NCBI GenBank assembly: GCA_964629035.1
Contig: CAZVPJ010000001.1
Location: forward strand, 1 to 34,657
Length of the DNA: 34,657 nt
Source: an uncultured Thiotrichales bacterium
GTDB lineage: Bacteria > Pseudomonadota > Gammaproteobacteria > UBA4575
Direction of reading: 5' to 3'
Shown here: piece by piece, positions 26,303 to 34,657 of the stretch
Layout of the letters: every line of letters begins with the position of its first letter
Numbering within the stretch: the stretch's first letter is position 1
Program-made: the position numbers and the translations under genes
Notes under the pieces: model-generated
What the model was told of the DNA's origin: nothing
The model's input: only the letters and a program-made list of their open reading frames with translations
The model's database searches: none

Positions 26303-27088
26303 CTAGCCAGGGCAGTGGTTGTAGATGATACCTAAAAACTTGGCTGGGTTAAATCCATCTATAGCCATTTGCAGTTCCTCTGGCGTCACCATATCATGCC
26401 CGGCGACCAAGGCTGAATGATCTGCAATTAAATCCAGAATTTTTGCATCTGCTGAACTTTGAATATCAGACACATCTAAAATGATATATCGGTCTGGAAA
26501 TTTATTCTTTAACTCATATATCAGCTCTCCCAGCTTAGAAGAGGTAGCAAAACTATCAATCTCATTTAGATTGTTTTCTCTTGCAGGAATTACTCTTAGT
26601 TTATTCACTTTTACAGCGTATATAATATCTTCTACTGCAACATCACCCTTAAGATAATCCGTCAAATCATGCGTAAATTCTAATCCAAAATTATTAGCAA
26701 TCGTGGGCTTACGGAAATTACAATCTATAATTAATGCACTTTTTGTAGCATCTTGAGCGAAACTCAAAGCCAAGTTGGTGGCCACAAATGAACTGCCTGA
26801 CCGATTCATGCAGGAACTTAAAGATAAAACAAAATTCTTACCGCCTGCAGCCTTAACAAGCTCGGTTCGCAATTCTCTGAAGGCATTTGCTGTTTTCCTA
26901 TCTGTAGCAATACCTAACGCTCTAAGCTCATCCATACTCAGATTAGTCTTCTCAGACATGTTTTGAAGAGTATGTTTTTTTCGTAGTGACCCACTCTTGC
27001 GTTTTACACGTTTATTAGTGGGCGATGCTCCGGCTTCCGGTGACTCCTCCGGCTCTACTTTTTTCAATGCTCGCTCAATTAAGCTCAT
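26303..27088 (-). CDS. BY-kinase-like (CapB/EpsG-type, MinD/ParA-fold) protein with a degenerate P-loop and no Tyr tail; probable pseudokinase
   Basis: There is clear collinearity with polysaccharide tyrosine autokinases: SSCMNRSGSSFVATNLALSFA, ALIIDCNFRKP, YIILDVSD and FLGIIYNH. However the Walker A Lys is Ser99 (AGT, 26794-26792), the second Asp of Walker A' is Asn124, and the C-terminus (…IYNHCPG) lacks a tyrosine cluster. Confidence 0.7.
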   Translation of the reverse strand: MSLIERALKKVEPEESPEAGASPTNKRVKRKSGSLRKKHTLQNMSEKTNLSMDELRALGIATDRKTANAFRELRTELVKAAGGKNFVLSLSSCMNRSGSSFVATNLALSFAQDATKSALIIDCNFRKPTIANNFGLEFTHDLTDYLKGDVAVEDIIYAVKVNKLRVIPARENNLNEIDSFATSSKLGELIYELKNKFPDRYIILDVSDIQSSADAKILDLIADHSALVAGHDMVTPEELQMAIDGFNPAKFLGIIYNHCPG

Positions 27089-27135
27089 AATGCATAGTAC
27101 CTGATATTATTCTTAAAACTCTCGCAAGCTGGTTT

Positions 27136-28701
27136 TCACAACAAAGGAAGTGATATACCTAGCTCCTTAACCTTATAAATTGCAGCAAATAGATACGCAT
27201 TTACCACCAAGGCCAGAGCAACAACTAAAGCAATAATTGAGGTGCGACTCGGGCTACGCGGTGATGTTGGCAGTGAGGTAAATGGTATTTCCCCAAGTAA
27301 CCTCGTACCCATCTCTTTAGTGATCTGACTCTTATGCCTGATATTACCTCCAAGTTGAAAAAGTACAAATAAAGCACCTAGTGAGCCCAAAACACCAAGC
27401 ACCGGACCTAAAGCAGCGACCTGGAAAAAACGCAATCCGCTGGACTGAAGCGGAAGCAATGCAGGCTCTTGTATACCAAATCTTTGATCGCTCTGCTCAA
27501 TATCGATATTCATTGAGACCCGTGCATTCTCTCTACGCTTCACAAGATCTTGATATACATCATTTGTTACTTCGTAGTCACGCGTAAGTTCAGCAAGCTC
27601 AGCTTCAATTTCTGGCAAGTCTTTAGCACGCTCCAATTCTAAGGCTAATAATTTTCTAGATTGAGCAACTCTGGTATTTAATCCTGCTTTTCGTGTTCTT
27701 GTTTCTGCAAGTTGTTCTCGCAAAGAGCCATATACCGTATCTAGATTGCCGGCCGCAGCGGCTGCTGAAGAAAAACCTGAATCATTATCCCCTTTCTTAA
27801 GCATTACTTTTAGATCAGCGATTTGATGCTTTAGTCTAACAACATCCGGGTAGGTATCATGGTAGTCTAGCCTCAGAGTAGCTAATTCTTGTTCTAGCAA
27901 GCGAATGCGTGATGCTAATCCACTCTCAACTTGTAGCGATGAACCGAGCTGTTTCTCACCTGCTAATTGCCCTGCAAGTGATCGCTCGCGGATATTTTCC
28001 TCTTGCACTTGCAAACTAAACTCTTCAATTTGCGCACGCAGGTTATTAATACGCGTGAAAACACCTTTTTCTGTGCCCACATGGTTTCCAAGATTTATGG
28101 TTTTGAATTCTTTTAATTTTTGCTCCGCAATTAAGAGCTTGTCATGATAACTTTTTACTTGCCTATCAACGAACTCGTAAGCTGAACGACTCTCGCTTTG
28201 CTTACTTTCCAAACTTTTCTCGATAAACATATCACCCAATAGTTTAGCGGTTAAGAAAGCTCGCTCTGCATCAGAATCAGTCACACTAATCCTAACTAAA
28301 TTTGGTCCTGCAGATCTTACTGAGATATTTTCTATTAGATCTATTATCGCTCTGGATTTTTCAACCTCAGTTGCATCCTCATTAACCCAGCCTGCATTAA
28401 CAACCACAGGTTGCATGACCGCCGCTCCAAATAGCATTTCCTTATACAGCGCTATTCTATCTCTATCTTTACCCTTAGTTTTATTAGTAACGGCAGCACC
28501 ATGCATTAAAGGCGACAACATACCTTCCTTATCTGCAAGGATAATAGTCTGTGATGTGAATGTTTTAGGCAATACAAATGCACCCCCAAGAACCAGAATA
28601 CTAATCACTGCAAACCCAATGCTAAGCCAAAATAACTTCTTTTTTGCTAACTCAAAAAATAGTTTAACAATTTGTATTGGAGGTAAATCAAATATACTCA
28701 T
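27136..28701 (-). CDS. epsF: Polysaccharide co-polymerase / chain-length determinant (Wzz/GumC-like; PEP-CTERM-locus EpsF type)
   Basis: N-terminal TM (LFWLSIGFAVISILVLGGAFVL) followed by PKTFTSQTIILAD. A long coiled-coil centre follows (…LKEFKTINLG…EEFSLQVQEENIRERSL…LEQELATLRL…). There are two C-terminal hydrophobic helices. Confidence 0.8.
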   Translation of the reverse strand: MSIFDLPPIQIVKLFFELAKKKLFWLSIGFAVISILVLGGAFVLPKTFTSQTIILADKEGMLSPLMHGAAVTNKTKGKDRDRIALYKEMLFGAAVMQPVVVNAGWVNEDATEVEKSRAIIDLIENISVRSAGPNLVRISVTDSDAERAFLTAKLLGDMFIEKSLESKQSESRSAYEFVDRQVKSYHDKLLIAEQKLKEFKTINLGNHVGTEKGVFTRINNLRAQIEEFSLQVQEENIRERSLAGQLAGEKQLGSSLQVESGLASRIRLLEQELATLRLDYHDTYPDVVRLKHQIADLKVMLKKGDNDSGFSSAAAAAGNLDTVYGSLREQLAETRTRKAGLNTRVAQSRKLLALELERAKDLPEIEAELAELTRDYEVTNDVYQDLVKRRENARVSMNIDIEQSDQRFGIQEPALLPLQSSGLRFFQVAALGPVLGVLGSLGALFVLFQLGGNIRHKSQITKEMGTRLLGEIPFTSLPTSPRSPSRTSIIALVVALALVVNAYLFAAIYKVKELGISLPLL

Positions 28702-28774
28702 ATTATTCTTAACTTAAATTTAATTTTGCAGTTATTTAAACATCTTATGCTTTACAAATTCGCACTTTAGCTGC

Positions 28775-29395
28775 TCAGAAAAAACGTTCTGGAACAGTAA
28801 TGATATCTCCAGGTATTAAAACATGATTACCTTTCACCACACCTCGAACCAACATATCTTCAAGTCGCAGTGGCACCGATACCGTTTTACCATCATGACG
28901 TCTTATTAGTACTGCTTTGTTGCCTGACGCAAATTCACCGAGACCACCTGCTTCTAAAATGGCATCCAGTACTGTCATGCCTTGCCTGTAATTTAACGAG
29001 ACCGGCTTTGTTACCGCACCCGTAACTCTGACACGACGCAAATATTCTTTGCTTTGCAAAGAAGACATTGTGACCGTGACACTTGGACTACGAATATCCT
29101 TTTTTAACCCTTCGGTAATAATTCCTGCTACTTCTTCAGCTGTTTTACCTGCAACTTCAACATCACCCAATAACGGTATCGTGATTCGCCCATCTGGACG
29201 AACGGGAACCTGCACAGATAACTGCTCATTACCCCAAACATTTACATCCACAACATCATCCACACCTATTCGATACTCTTCAGTAACAATTGAATGTTGG
29301 GCGGGATCTAGCGTGCCTTCCGGCACGGGATTACCTGCACACGCACCTAAAACCAAGATAACGCCAAACCAAATAAGAGTAGTTAGTAATTTCAT
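28775..29395 (-). CDS. epsE: Short Wza-like outer-membrane polysaccharide export lipoprotein (PEP-CTERM-locus EpsE type)
   Basis: Lipobox LVLGAC. The Poly_export motif reads YRIGVDDVVDVNVWGNEQLSVQVPVRPDGRITIPLLGDV, and the SLBB-like segment reads VRVTGAVTKPVSLNYRQGMTVLDAILEAGG. At 206 aa it lacks the long Wza C-terminal helix. Confidence 0.85.
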   Translation of the reverse strand: MKLLTTLIWFGVILVLGACAGNPVPEGTLDPAQHSIVTEEYRIGVDDVVDVNVWGNEQLSVQVPVRPDGRITIPLLGDVEVAGKTAEEVAGIITEGLKKDIRSPSVTVTMSSLQSKEYLRRVRVTGAVTKPVSLNYRQGMTVLDAILEAGGLGEFASGNKAVLIRRHDGKTVSVPLRLEDMLVRGVVKGNHVLIPGDIITVPERFF

Positions 29396-29669
29396 AGCAA
29401 AAAATATAAGTAGTAAAATGAATTATTATTTTAGAATGGATTGTATGGTTTTTTCACTGCGACAAAGTGAATAAACCCGCAAAATTTACAAAATTCCATA
29501 CAAATGGGTGGGATAAATGGATATAACCACAAAAAAACAAAGGTTTTAGGTGTAGTTTTTATAAATCTCAGGTGTTTATAGGCTCTAAATAGCCAATGTC
29601 CAGATAGAATCCTACAAGAGAAGATTATCTCTAGAAAGGTGAAAGCTTTTAAAGCATCTTAAAAAACCA
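29396..29669 (-). promoter_or_regulatory. 274-bp gap between prsT and the export gene; probable internal promoter of the 13-kb downstream operon
   Basis: This is the only sizeable non-coding gap in the 18-kb unidirectional arm; all other junctions are 47 nt or less, or overlap. I found no convincing sigma-70 or sigma-54 boxes by eye. Confidence 0.3.
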
Positions 29670-31685
29670 TTAATTTAACTTGGCTTTTGCAAGCTCCAGG
29701 TGTTTTTGGATTTCTTTGTTATTTGGATCAATTTCCAATGCCTCTTTGATAAAACCCAAACCTTTCTCAATGTCTCCTTGCTCTACTAAAATCCACCCCA
29801 ACGTATCAGTCACAGCAGCATCATTCGAGTTCATTGCATAGGCACGTTCTGCTGTTTCTAACGCCCTATCATCACCTAAACTAAAGTAACTCCAAGCCAG
29901 ATTATTCAATATTACATAATCATTTGGATATTGTTTCACTATTAACTCATAAAGTGATGCGGCTTTTTCATAAACCCCTTCAGAAATATATATATCCGCA
30001 AGCATTAACTTTAACTGCGCGTTATTTGGCAAGTTTTTTTGCCAGTCTACCAATAGCTCAAATACATTTTTTTGGTCTTCTTGGCCTCTGGTTTTAAATA
30101 CAAGATTTTTTACATTATTAGCTAGCAAAACTGCTTCACGTTCAGTTAGATTTCTTGAATCAATACTCTTAAACTGTGTGATTGCTGACTTAAAGCTGCC
30201 ATTTTCAATAGCTTGATTGATACTTATTAATCTCAACGTTGTATTTTCTGACTCCCTTGACAACCATTGATTAATTTTACCAGTAATATCTTCATTTTTA
30301 CCAATATCATTCAACGTACTCAAGTAAAGTACTTTTATTTCGTTTGAGTTTGGAAACGACTCAACTAACTTAACCAAAAATTTCTCCGCCTCATCGAACC
30401 TAGCAATCTCGAGATATAATGTTCTTGCACTATTTATACCCTTTAAACTCTCGGCATCATTAATTTGATATCCTTTTAGCAATTCATTGTATCTTGCTTC
30501 ATTGTTATTCTGTAAGTAAGCATATGCCAAGACAGGAGTTAATACAGCGTTAAATCTACTATCCTCCAAAGAATAATTAGACAGCAGGTCTATTGCAGCC
30601 TGGTACTCACCTAACTCCATATCCGTGATTGCATTAAGCACAACTAATTCCAAACCACCTATTGCATTTACTATATGCTCTCGCAAAAAAGTACTTGCTT
30701 CATTTAGTTTGTTTTGCTTAATTAATATTTTTGCCAATAACGCAATTACTCTCGGATTATTTTCTGATGATTCAAGAACCTCTCTTAAATTCATCTCTGC
30801 CACCTCTAAGTCATCTTTAGAATACGCTAACCTAGCGAGCTCAAAATAATAAATAGGTGATTTAGGATAAGAATCCAGGAACGACTTGTAAAAACCCTCT
30901 CCCGCCATCGAATTACCTAGCGCAGTTTTAGACAAGACAATATTTTGAGCAATCTGCAAACTTTGTTGCGTCAGTATTTTAGAATCATCCAATCTTAAAG
31001 CCTGCAAATAGTGATTTTCTGCATCTAAGTATTCTTCTTTGCTGAAATATATATTCGCTAACAACAACCATGCATCAGATAGATCCTTGTTACTTTCTAA
31101 TACATTTTTAATTCTTTGGATAGCTTTAGTCTCTCTATTTTCAAGAAGATCAATTCTTGCTAACCAGACCTGTGCTTCCAAATACTTATCACTATCTTCT
31201 CTTAAACTTAACAATAGATTTTTTGAAGCATTTACATTATTTTCAGCCAGTTCAATTTTTGCATGCAATAAAATTGCTTCTGGGTGAATAGCATATTTTT
31301 CTTGAACCTTATTTGTAAATAATAATTCTCGAGAGGCTTTGAGGTTTCGTTGTTTATACAATGATCTAACTATTAATAACTCAATATTTTCTAAGTCATG
31401 ACCTTCAATTTGTAAGTTTTCTAAAATTTCTTGCGCACGATCCGGGTGACCTATCTCCAGATAAGTTTTAGCAATGATGAATCTCAGCTGCGGGTCATCA
31501 AGCGCTTCACCTGATAATGTATCAGCCTCAACCAACACATCAAAATACCTGCCACTTTCATAATAAAATTTAATTACCCCAATCTCTTTACCATTAGATA
31601 TATGCTCATCCTCACTTGAGCACGAAAACAATACCTGTGAAGCTAATAAAGAAAATATGAAAATTTTAAATAATTTACTTTTCAT
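29670..31685 (-). CDS. prsT: TPR-repeat lipoprotein, PrsT-like (PEP-CTERM system TPR lipoprotein)
   Basis: Lipoprotein signal MKSKLFKIFIFSLLASQVLFSC|SSE. TPR-like 34-residue repeats follow to the C-terminus (…NLAWSYFSLGDDRALETAERAYAMNSNDAAVTDTLGWILVEQGDIEKGLGFIKEALEIDPNN…). It lies directly adjacent to the exosortase gene. Confidence 0.7.
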   Translation of the reverse strand: MKSKLFKIFIFSLLASQVLFSCSSEDEHISNGKEIGVIKFYYESGRYFDVLVEADTLSGEALDDPQLRFIIAKTYLEIGHPDRAQEILENLQIEGHDLENIELLIVRSLYKQRNLKASRELLFTNKVQEKYAIHPEAILLHAKIELAENNVNASKNLLLSLREDSDKYLEAQVWLARIDLLENRETKAIQRIKNVLESNKDLSDAWLLLANIYFSKEEYLDAENHYLQALRLDDSKILTQQSLQIAQNIVLSKTALGNSMAGEGFYKSFLDSYPKSPIYYFELARLAYSKDDLEVAEMNLREVLESSENNPRVIALLAKILIKQNKLNEASTFLREHIVNAIGGLELVVLNAITDMELGEYQAAIDLLSNYSLEDSRFNAVLTPVLAYAYLQNNNEARYNELLKGYQINDAESLKGINSARTLYLEIARFDEAEKFLVKLVESFPNSNEIKVLYLSTLNDIGKNEDITGKINQWLSRESENTTLRLISINQAIENGSFKSAITQFKSIDSRNLTEREAVLLANNVKNLVFKTRGQEDQKNVFELLVDWQKNLPNNAQLKLMLADIYISEGVYEKAASLYELIVKQYPNDYVILNNLAWSYFSLGDDRALETAERAYAMNSNDAAVTDTLGWILVEQGDIEKGLGFIKEALEIDPNNKEIQKHLELAKAKLN

Positions 31686-31692
31686 TGAATCA

Positions 31693-33258
31693 TTACCAAA
31701 TGGTTAGTTTCTTTAATCTAGACATATTATCTGACAAAAATTCTGTAAGTATTAAATCTGAATTTTCATCACAACTCGTTGAGACAGCATTAATCGTACT
31801 ACCAGACTTTCCCTTTATCACCATCAAAGCCTCGCTTAACTTAACTCGCAATTTTTTTGTGTAAGCCTCACCATCAACTTCATACCAATACCAAACACGC
31901 TTACACTCATTTAATACATCAGACTCGATCGTTGCTTTATTCACGTTTATCGAGCTTACGTTATTTTCAAGCATGATCTGTTGATTGCCATTATTACTTA
32001 CAATGCTCCATTTATCTTTGTCGACCAAAGTATTATTAAAATTTATTAGCTCACTACCCGGCACTGCTTTTGTATATAGATAAACCGATAAATCGACTTT
32101 ATGCTTGTTTTTTGTATATTCCGCCTCATATCTTTGAGCATATGAAATATATTTTAACTCCCATTTAGATCTATTTAAATCTAACCTACTCCATCCAGCC
32201 AACACACCAACATCATCATCCAATTTAGCAACTTGATTTATATTATTCTTTGCATATTGCGCATACAGCGGCGCAAAACAAATTGTTGCAACATAGAATA
32301 CTAACGCGATAAGCCTTTTAGAAAGAACAAATTCATAACCACTGACAGGAAGTTTATTTTCTTCTTCCACGATGGAAATATTTGGGTCTAGGCGCCTTGC
32401 AAGCACAAAGAGCGGGATTAGAAATATTGCAAATACCACCCAACCAAGACTCGCATGATCTTGAACCCATGGGTGCGTCATTTCTGTCTTTGCGCCAATA
32501 GCTATAATTACCAAGATCCGAACCACATTAGCCGTTAACATTATTAAGATTGAAGATAATATCAATATAAATGCAGACCAATAACTTTTATAATTTAAAA
32601 AACTAAAAACTATAGACAACAACACACCAACCAACAAAAATCTTAAACCACTACAACTTTCTTCAATCTCAAAAATTCCTGACGCAAGAATAATTTTATT
32701 ACCAGAAGACTGGTATTCTAAAGTAGTGAATGAAAGAATATTATTTACTAGATAGGTAGCAATACCCTGCAAGCTTGGCAGAAATATACTCCAGATAGGC
32801 ACCACCAGTAACAACAAAAAAACTGGGATGAAAAGCACTCGATAGTTTCGTAACCCAACAAAATAAGTGATCGTAAAAAACACAAAAAATGGCAAACTTA
32901 AGGTCTGCCCGATGTTAATTCCAGAAAGGTAAGATACCAGCCATACTATAGATGTAAGAAATAATCCTATAAGGGAAACCACAGTGGGTTTTGAGTAATC
33001 AATTCTATTCTCTTTTACACATATAAAAATTAAATATGCAGCTAACAAAACTGTCATATAACCATGCGAATATGCACCGTATTCATTCCAAATACGAAAG
33101 AGCGTTTTTATTGATTCCTGGTATGCTATTACAAAAATACCAAGCGCAAAAATGATTGTTGCCCAACAGAAATATAATTGTCTATTCATAAGCAGAAATG
33201 CATAACCACTAAGTAAATATTCAGAAACCTGCAATACTACCGTGCACCTTTGCCCCAC
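31693..33258 (-). CDS. xrtA: Exosortase A (XrtA/EpsH) fused to a C-terminal EpsI-family domain
   Basis: Exosortase signatures in order: YSHGYMTV, the catalytic-Cys motif EIEESCSGLRFLLVG (Cys codon at 32655-32653), ANVVRILVII (Arg) and HASLGWVVFAIF (His). After about residue 300 (roughly 31696-32360) comes a soluble EpsI-like domain. The GTG at 33258 overlaps epsB by 22 nt; ATG at 33189 (MNRQLYF…) is an equally plausible start. Confidence 0.85.
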   Translation of the reverse strand: MGQRCTVVLQVSEYLLSGYAFLLMNRQLYFCWATIIFALGIFVIAYQESIKTLFRIWNEYGAYSHGYMTVLLAAYLIFICVKENRIDYSKPTVVSLIGLFLTSIVWLVSYLSGINIGQTLSLPFFVFFTITYFVGLRNYRVLFIPVFLLLLVVPIWSIFLPSLQGIATYLVNNILSFTTLEYQSSGNKIILASGIFEIEESCSGLRFLLVGVLLSIVFSFLNYKSYWSAFILILSSILIMLTANVVRILVIIAIGAKTEMTHPWVQDHASLGWVVFAIFLIPLFVLARRLDPNISIVEEENKLPVSGYEFVLSKRLIALVFYVATICFAPLYAQYAKNNINQVAKLDDDVGVLAGWSRLDLNRSKWELKYISYAQRYEAEYTKNKHKVDLSVYLYTKAVPGSELINFNNTLVDKDKWSIVSNNGNQQIMLENNVSSINVNKATIESDVLNECKRVWYWYEVDGEAYTKKLRVKLSEALMVIKGKSGSTINAVSTSCDENSDLILTEFLSDNMSRLKKLTIW

Positions 33259-34649
33259 AAAACAACTTCTGCTGTCTGCAAAAGAATTACCAAGTCAAAA
33301 ATTAAACTATGATGCTTCACATAATACAAATCGAAATTAAGCTTCTCAATTGCATCCTGAACAGAGCTGCCATAGGGATACTTCATTTGCGCCCAACCTG
33401 CTAAGCCGGGTTTAACACGGTGTCTTTCCCCATAAAATGGAATATCCTCTGATAATTTTTCTACAAACTCAGGACGCTCGGGTCGCGGTCCAACCAAACT
33501 CATATCACCTCGAAACACATTATATATTTGGGGCAACTCATCCACCCTATAAGTACGCAAAAATTTACCAATTGCCGTTACTCTTGGATCATCCTGACTA
33601 GCCCATACTGCTTTACCTTCCACTTCTGCATCTGAACGCATGGTTCTAAACTTAAGTAGACTAAAGTTCTCACCATTCAAGCCAACTCGGGTTTGTTGGT
33701 AAAAAATTGACTCTTTACCCTTGCACTCCAACCAGATACTTACCACTGCAAACAAATATAGTGGGGATGCTACGATCAGCAAGACTGCACTTGCAACCAA
33801 ATCAAAAATGCGTTTGGTTAAGTAGCGAAAACTATCCTGCTTAAAACCAACTGAAAAAATAATCCATGATGGATTAAGCAAATTAGTGTAAATCTTACCT
33901 AACTGCCTTTCTAGAAAGGTAACCAACTCTACAATTTTAACACCCTTCAGTCTGGCATCCATTAGCTCTTTCAAAGGCAAACTATTTCTGCGGTCCGATA
34001 ACGCCACCACAATTTCATCAATATCATATTTACTGATCAATTCATGAAGAGACATATCACTATCAACTAGATATTGCTCATCAACTACGGACTCTTCACT
34101 TTTCACAGGCATATAACCAATTATATTAATCCCGCTGCGGTCAGATTTGCGACGCAATTTAGTAATCCAACTTGCTTGATTACCTGCCCCCAAAATTAGT
34201 ACATTTCTTTTCAGCGCCTCCAGATTAACAGTATGAGAAAAAATGGAATGAAATATAATCAGAAAAATAAAAGACAGGCTAGAAGCAATTAAGAACACGC
34301 CTCTACCCATATAGATATTCGGAAAAATGTAAAAAAGAAACCCGAATGCCACAAAAGCAATTATAAAACTGACAGTGAGCCGACTAAGTTTATTGACAAT
34401 ATGTTCGCGACGCTGGGTTTGATACAACCCCATGCTTATTAATGTAACGACTACAACTGTAGAATGAATAATTGCACGAGGGAATAAGTCTCCTACATTA
34501 CTTGTAGCGACTTCCAGTGGATTTAACTCCGTGTAATAGCGAGCATAAGCAGCAATGTAAACACTCAAAAACAGCACTACCGCATCAGCTAGAGCCAACA
34601 GTAGATATGGAGCCTTGATGTGCTGATCACCTATTCGTATATCAAACAT
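33237..34649 (-). CDS. epsB: Priming polyprenyl-phosphate sugar-phosphate transferase (EpsB family, PEP-CTERM/EpsH1-associated bacterial sugar transferase)
   Basis: The N-terminal TM bundle is followed by a central Rossmann-like segment (VLILGAGNQASWI) and the C-terminal Bac_transf domain: KRIFDLVASAVLLIV, LLKFRTM and DELPQIYNVFRGDMSLVGPRPERPEF. ATG at 34649; the promoter lies outside the window. Confidence 0.85.
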   Translation of the reverse strand: MFDIRIGDQHIKAPYLLLALADAVVLFLSVYIAAYARYYTELNPLEVATSNVGDLFPRAIIHSTVVVVTLISMGLYQTQRREHIVNKLSRLTVSFIIAFVAFGFLFYIFPNIYMGRGVFLIASSLSFIFLIIFHSIFSHTVNLEALKRNVLILGAGNQASWITKLRRKSDRSGINIIGYMPVKSEESVVDEQYLVDSDMSLHELISKYDIDEIVVALSDRRNSLPLKELMDARLKGVKIVELVTFLERQLGKIYTNLLNPSWIIFSVGFKQDSFRYLTKRIFDLVASAVLLIVASPLYLFAVVSIWLECKGKESIFYQQTRVGLNGENFSLLKFRTMRSDAEVEGKAVWASQDDPRVTAIGKFLRTYRVDELPQIYNVFRGDMSLVGPRPERPEFVEKLSEDIPFYGERHRVKPGLAGWAQMKYPYGSSVQDAIEKLNFDLYYVKHHSLIFDLVILLQTAEVVLWGKGAR

Positions 34650-34657
34650 GCATTATT

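Noticed and set aside
29049-29474. A 141-aa plus-strand ORF antisense to the export lipoprotein gene. Similar antisense or alternative-frame ORFs from the track lie at 28415-28717, 27905-28147, 27381-27587, 26775-26966, 25991-26263, 25440-25640, 23054-23323, 20106-20327, 19860-20105, 19141-19341, 17221-17403, 14104-14322, 10400-10585, 5824-6009, 4313-4531, 3545-3781, 30625-30849 and 31039-31287.
   Set aside because: Each lies entirely within, or largely overlaps, a longer ORF with clear family motifs. Their translations are low-complexity or Ser/Leu/Cys-rich with no recognisable motif. They are best explained as shadow ORFs.
29479-29498. A possible sigma-54 promoter (TGG…GC on the minus strand) upstream of the export operon. 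This seemed plausible because PEP-CTERM loci are often PrsR/sigma-54 controlled.
   Set aside because: The GG and GC dinucleotides are 17 nt apart rather than the required 12 or so, and the flanking bases do not match TGGCAC-N5-TTGCW.
29641-29669. A palindrome gcttt-t-aaagc just downstream of the prsT stop, considered as a terminator.
   Set aside because: It is a 5-bp stem with a 1-nt loop, which is sterically impossible, and no U-tract follows on the minus strand.
1-34657. A search for PEP-CTERM substrate genes, CRISPR repeats, tRNA/rRNA genes, IS elements, integrases, and toxin-antitoxin or defence genes.
   Set aside because: No ORF ends with a PEP motif followed by a TM helix and a basic tail. 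I found no regularly spaced direct repeats, no cloverleaf-like or rRNA-like segments, and no transposase, integrase or nuclease motifs in any listed ORF.

Overview
This AT-rich bacterial chromosomal segment is filled by one roughly 34 kb exopolysaccharide (EPS) biosynthesis and export locus of the exosortase A (XrtA)/PEP-CTERM type. I saw no rRNA, tRNA, CRISPR array, transposase, integrase or phage gene.

Right arm (16.5-34.6 kb): every gene is on the minus strand, in two tight units.
- Unit 1: EpsB-type priming sugar transferase, then an XrtA exosortase fused to an EpsI domain, then the PrsT-like TPR lipoprotein.
- A 274-bp gap separates the units.
- Unit 2: Wza-like export lipoprotein, Wzz/GumC-like chain-length determinant, a BY-kinase-like protein with a degenerate P-loop, and an EpsL-like outer-membrane barrel. 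These are followed by a CelD/FemAB-like acyltransferase, a Wzy/O-antigen-ligase-like protein, a CapK/PaaK-like adenylating enzyme, a sugar-transfer ATP-grasp and a GT4. The unit ends with a synthase-like membrane GT2 and a tightly coupled His-rich orphan membrane protein.

Left arm (0-16.5 kb): this is a lower-GC mosaic of seven small units in alternating orientation, separated by long AT-rich spacers.
- It encodes a Wzx-like flippase, an ArnT/PMT-like GT-C, a GT2, and a formyltransferase-like protein paired with a CE4 deacetylase.
- It also encodes two GT-B transferases, a Gfo/Idh/MocA-SDR fusion oxidoreductase, a SAM methyltransferase, and a secreted 569-aa orphan paired with a second CE4 deacetylase.
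- The extreme left edge carries the 3' end of a PLP decarboxylase of the kind associated with XrtA loci.

The XrtA core itself is a known system. The parts I cannot map to described chemistry are the apparent pseudokinase, the GT2 plus His-rich partner module, the adenylase/ATP-grasp/acyltransferase decoration block, the GT-C enzyme and the secreted orphan. All family assignments come from motif recognition by eye; no searches were run.
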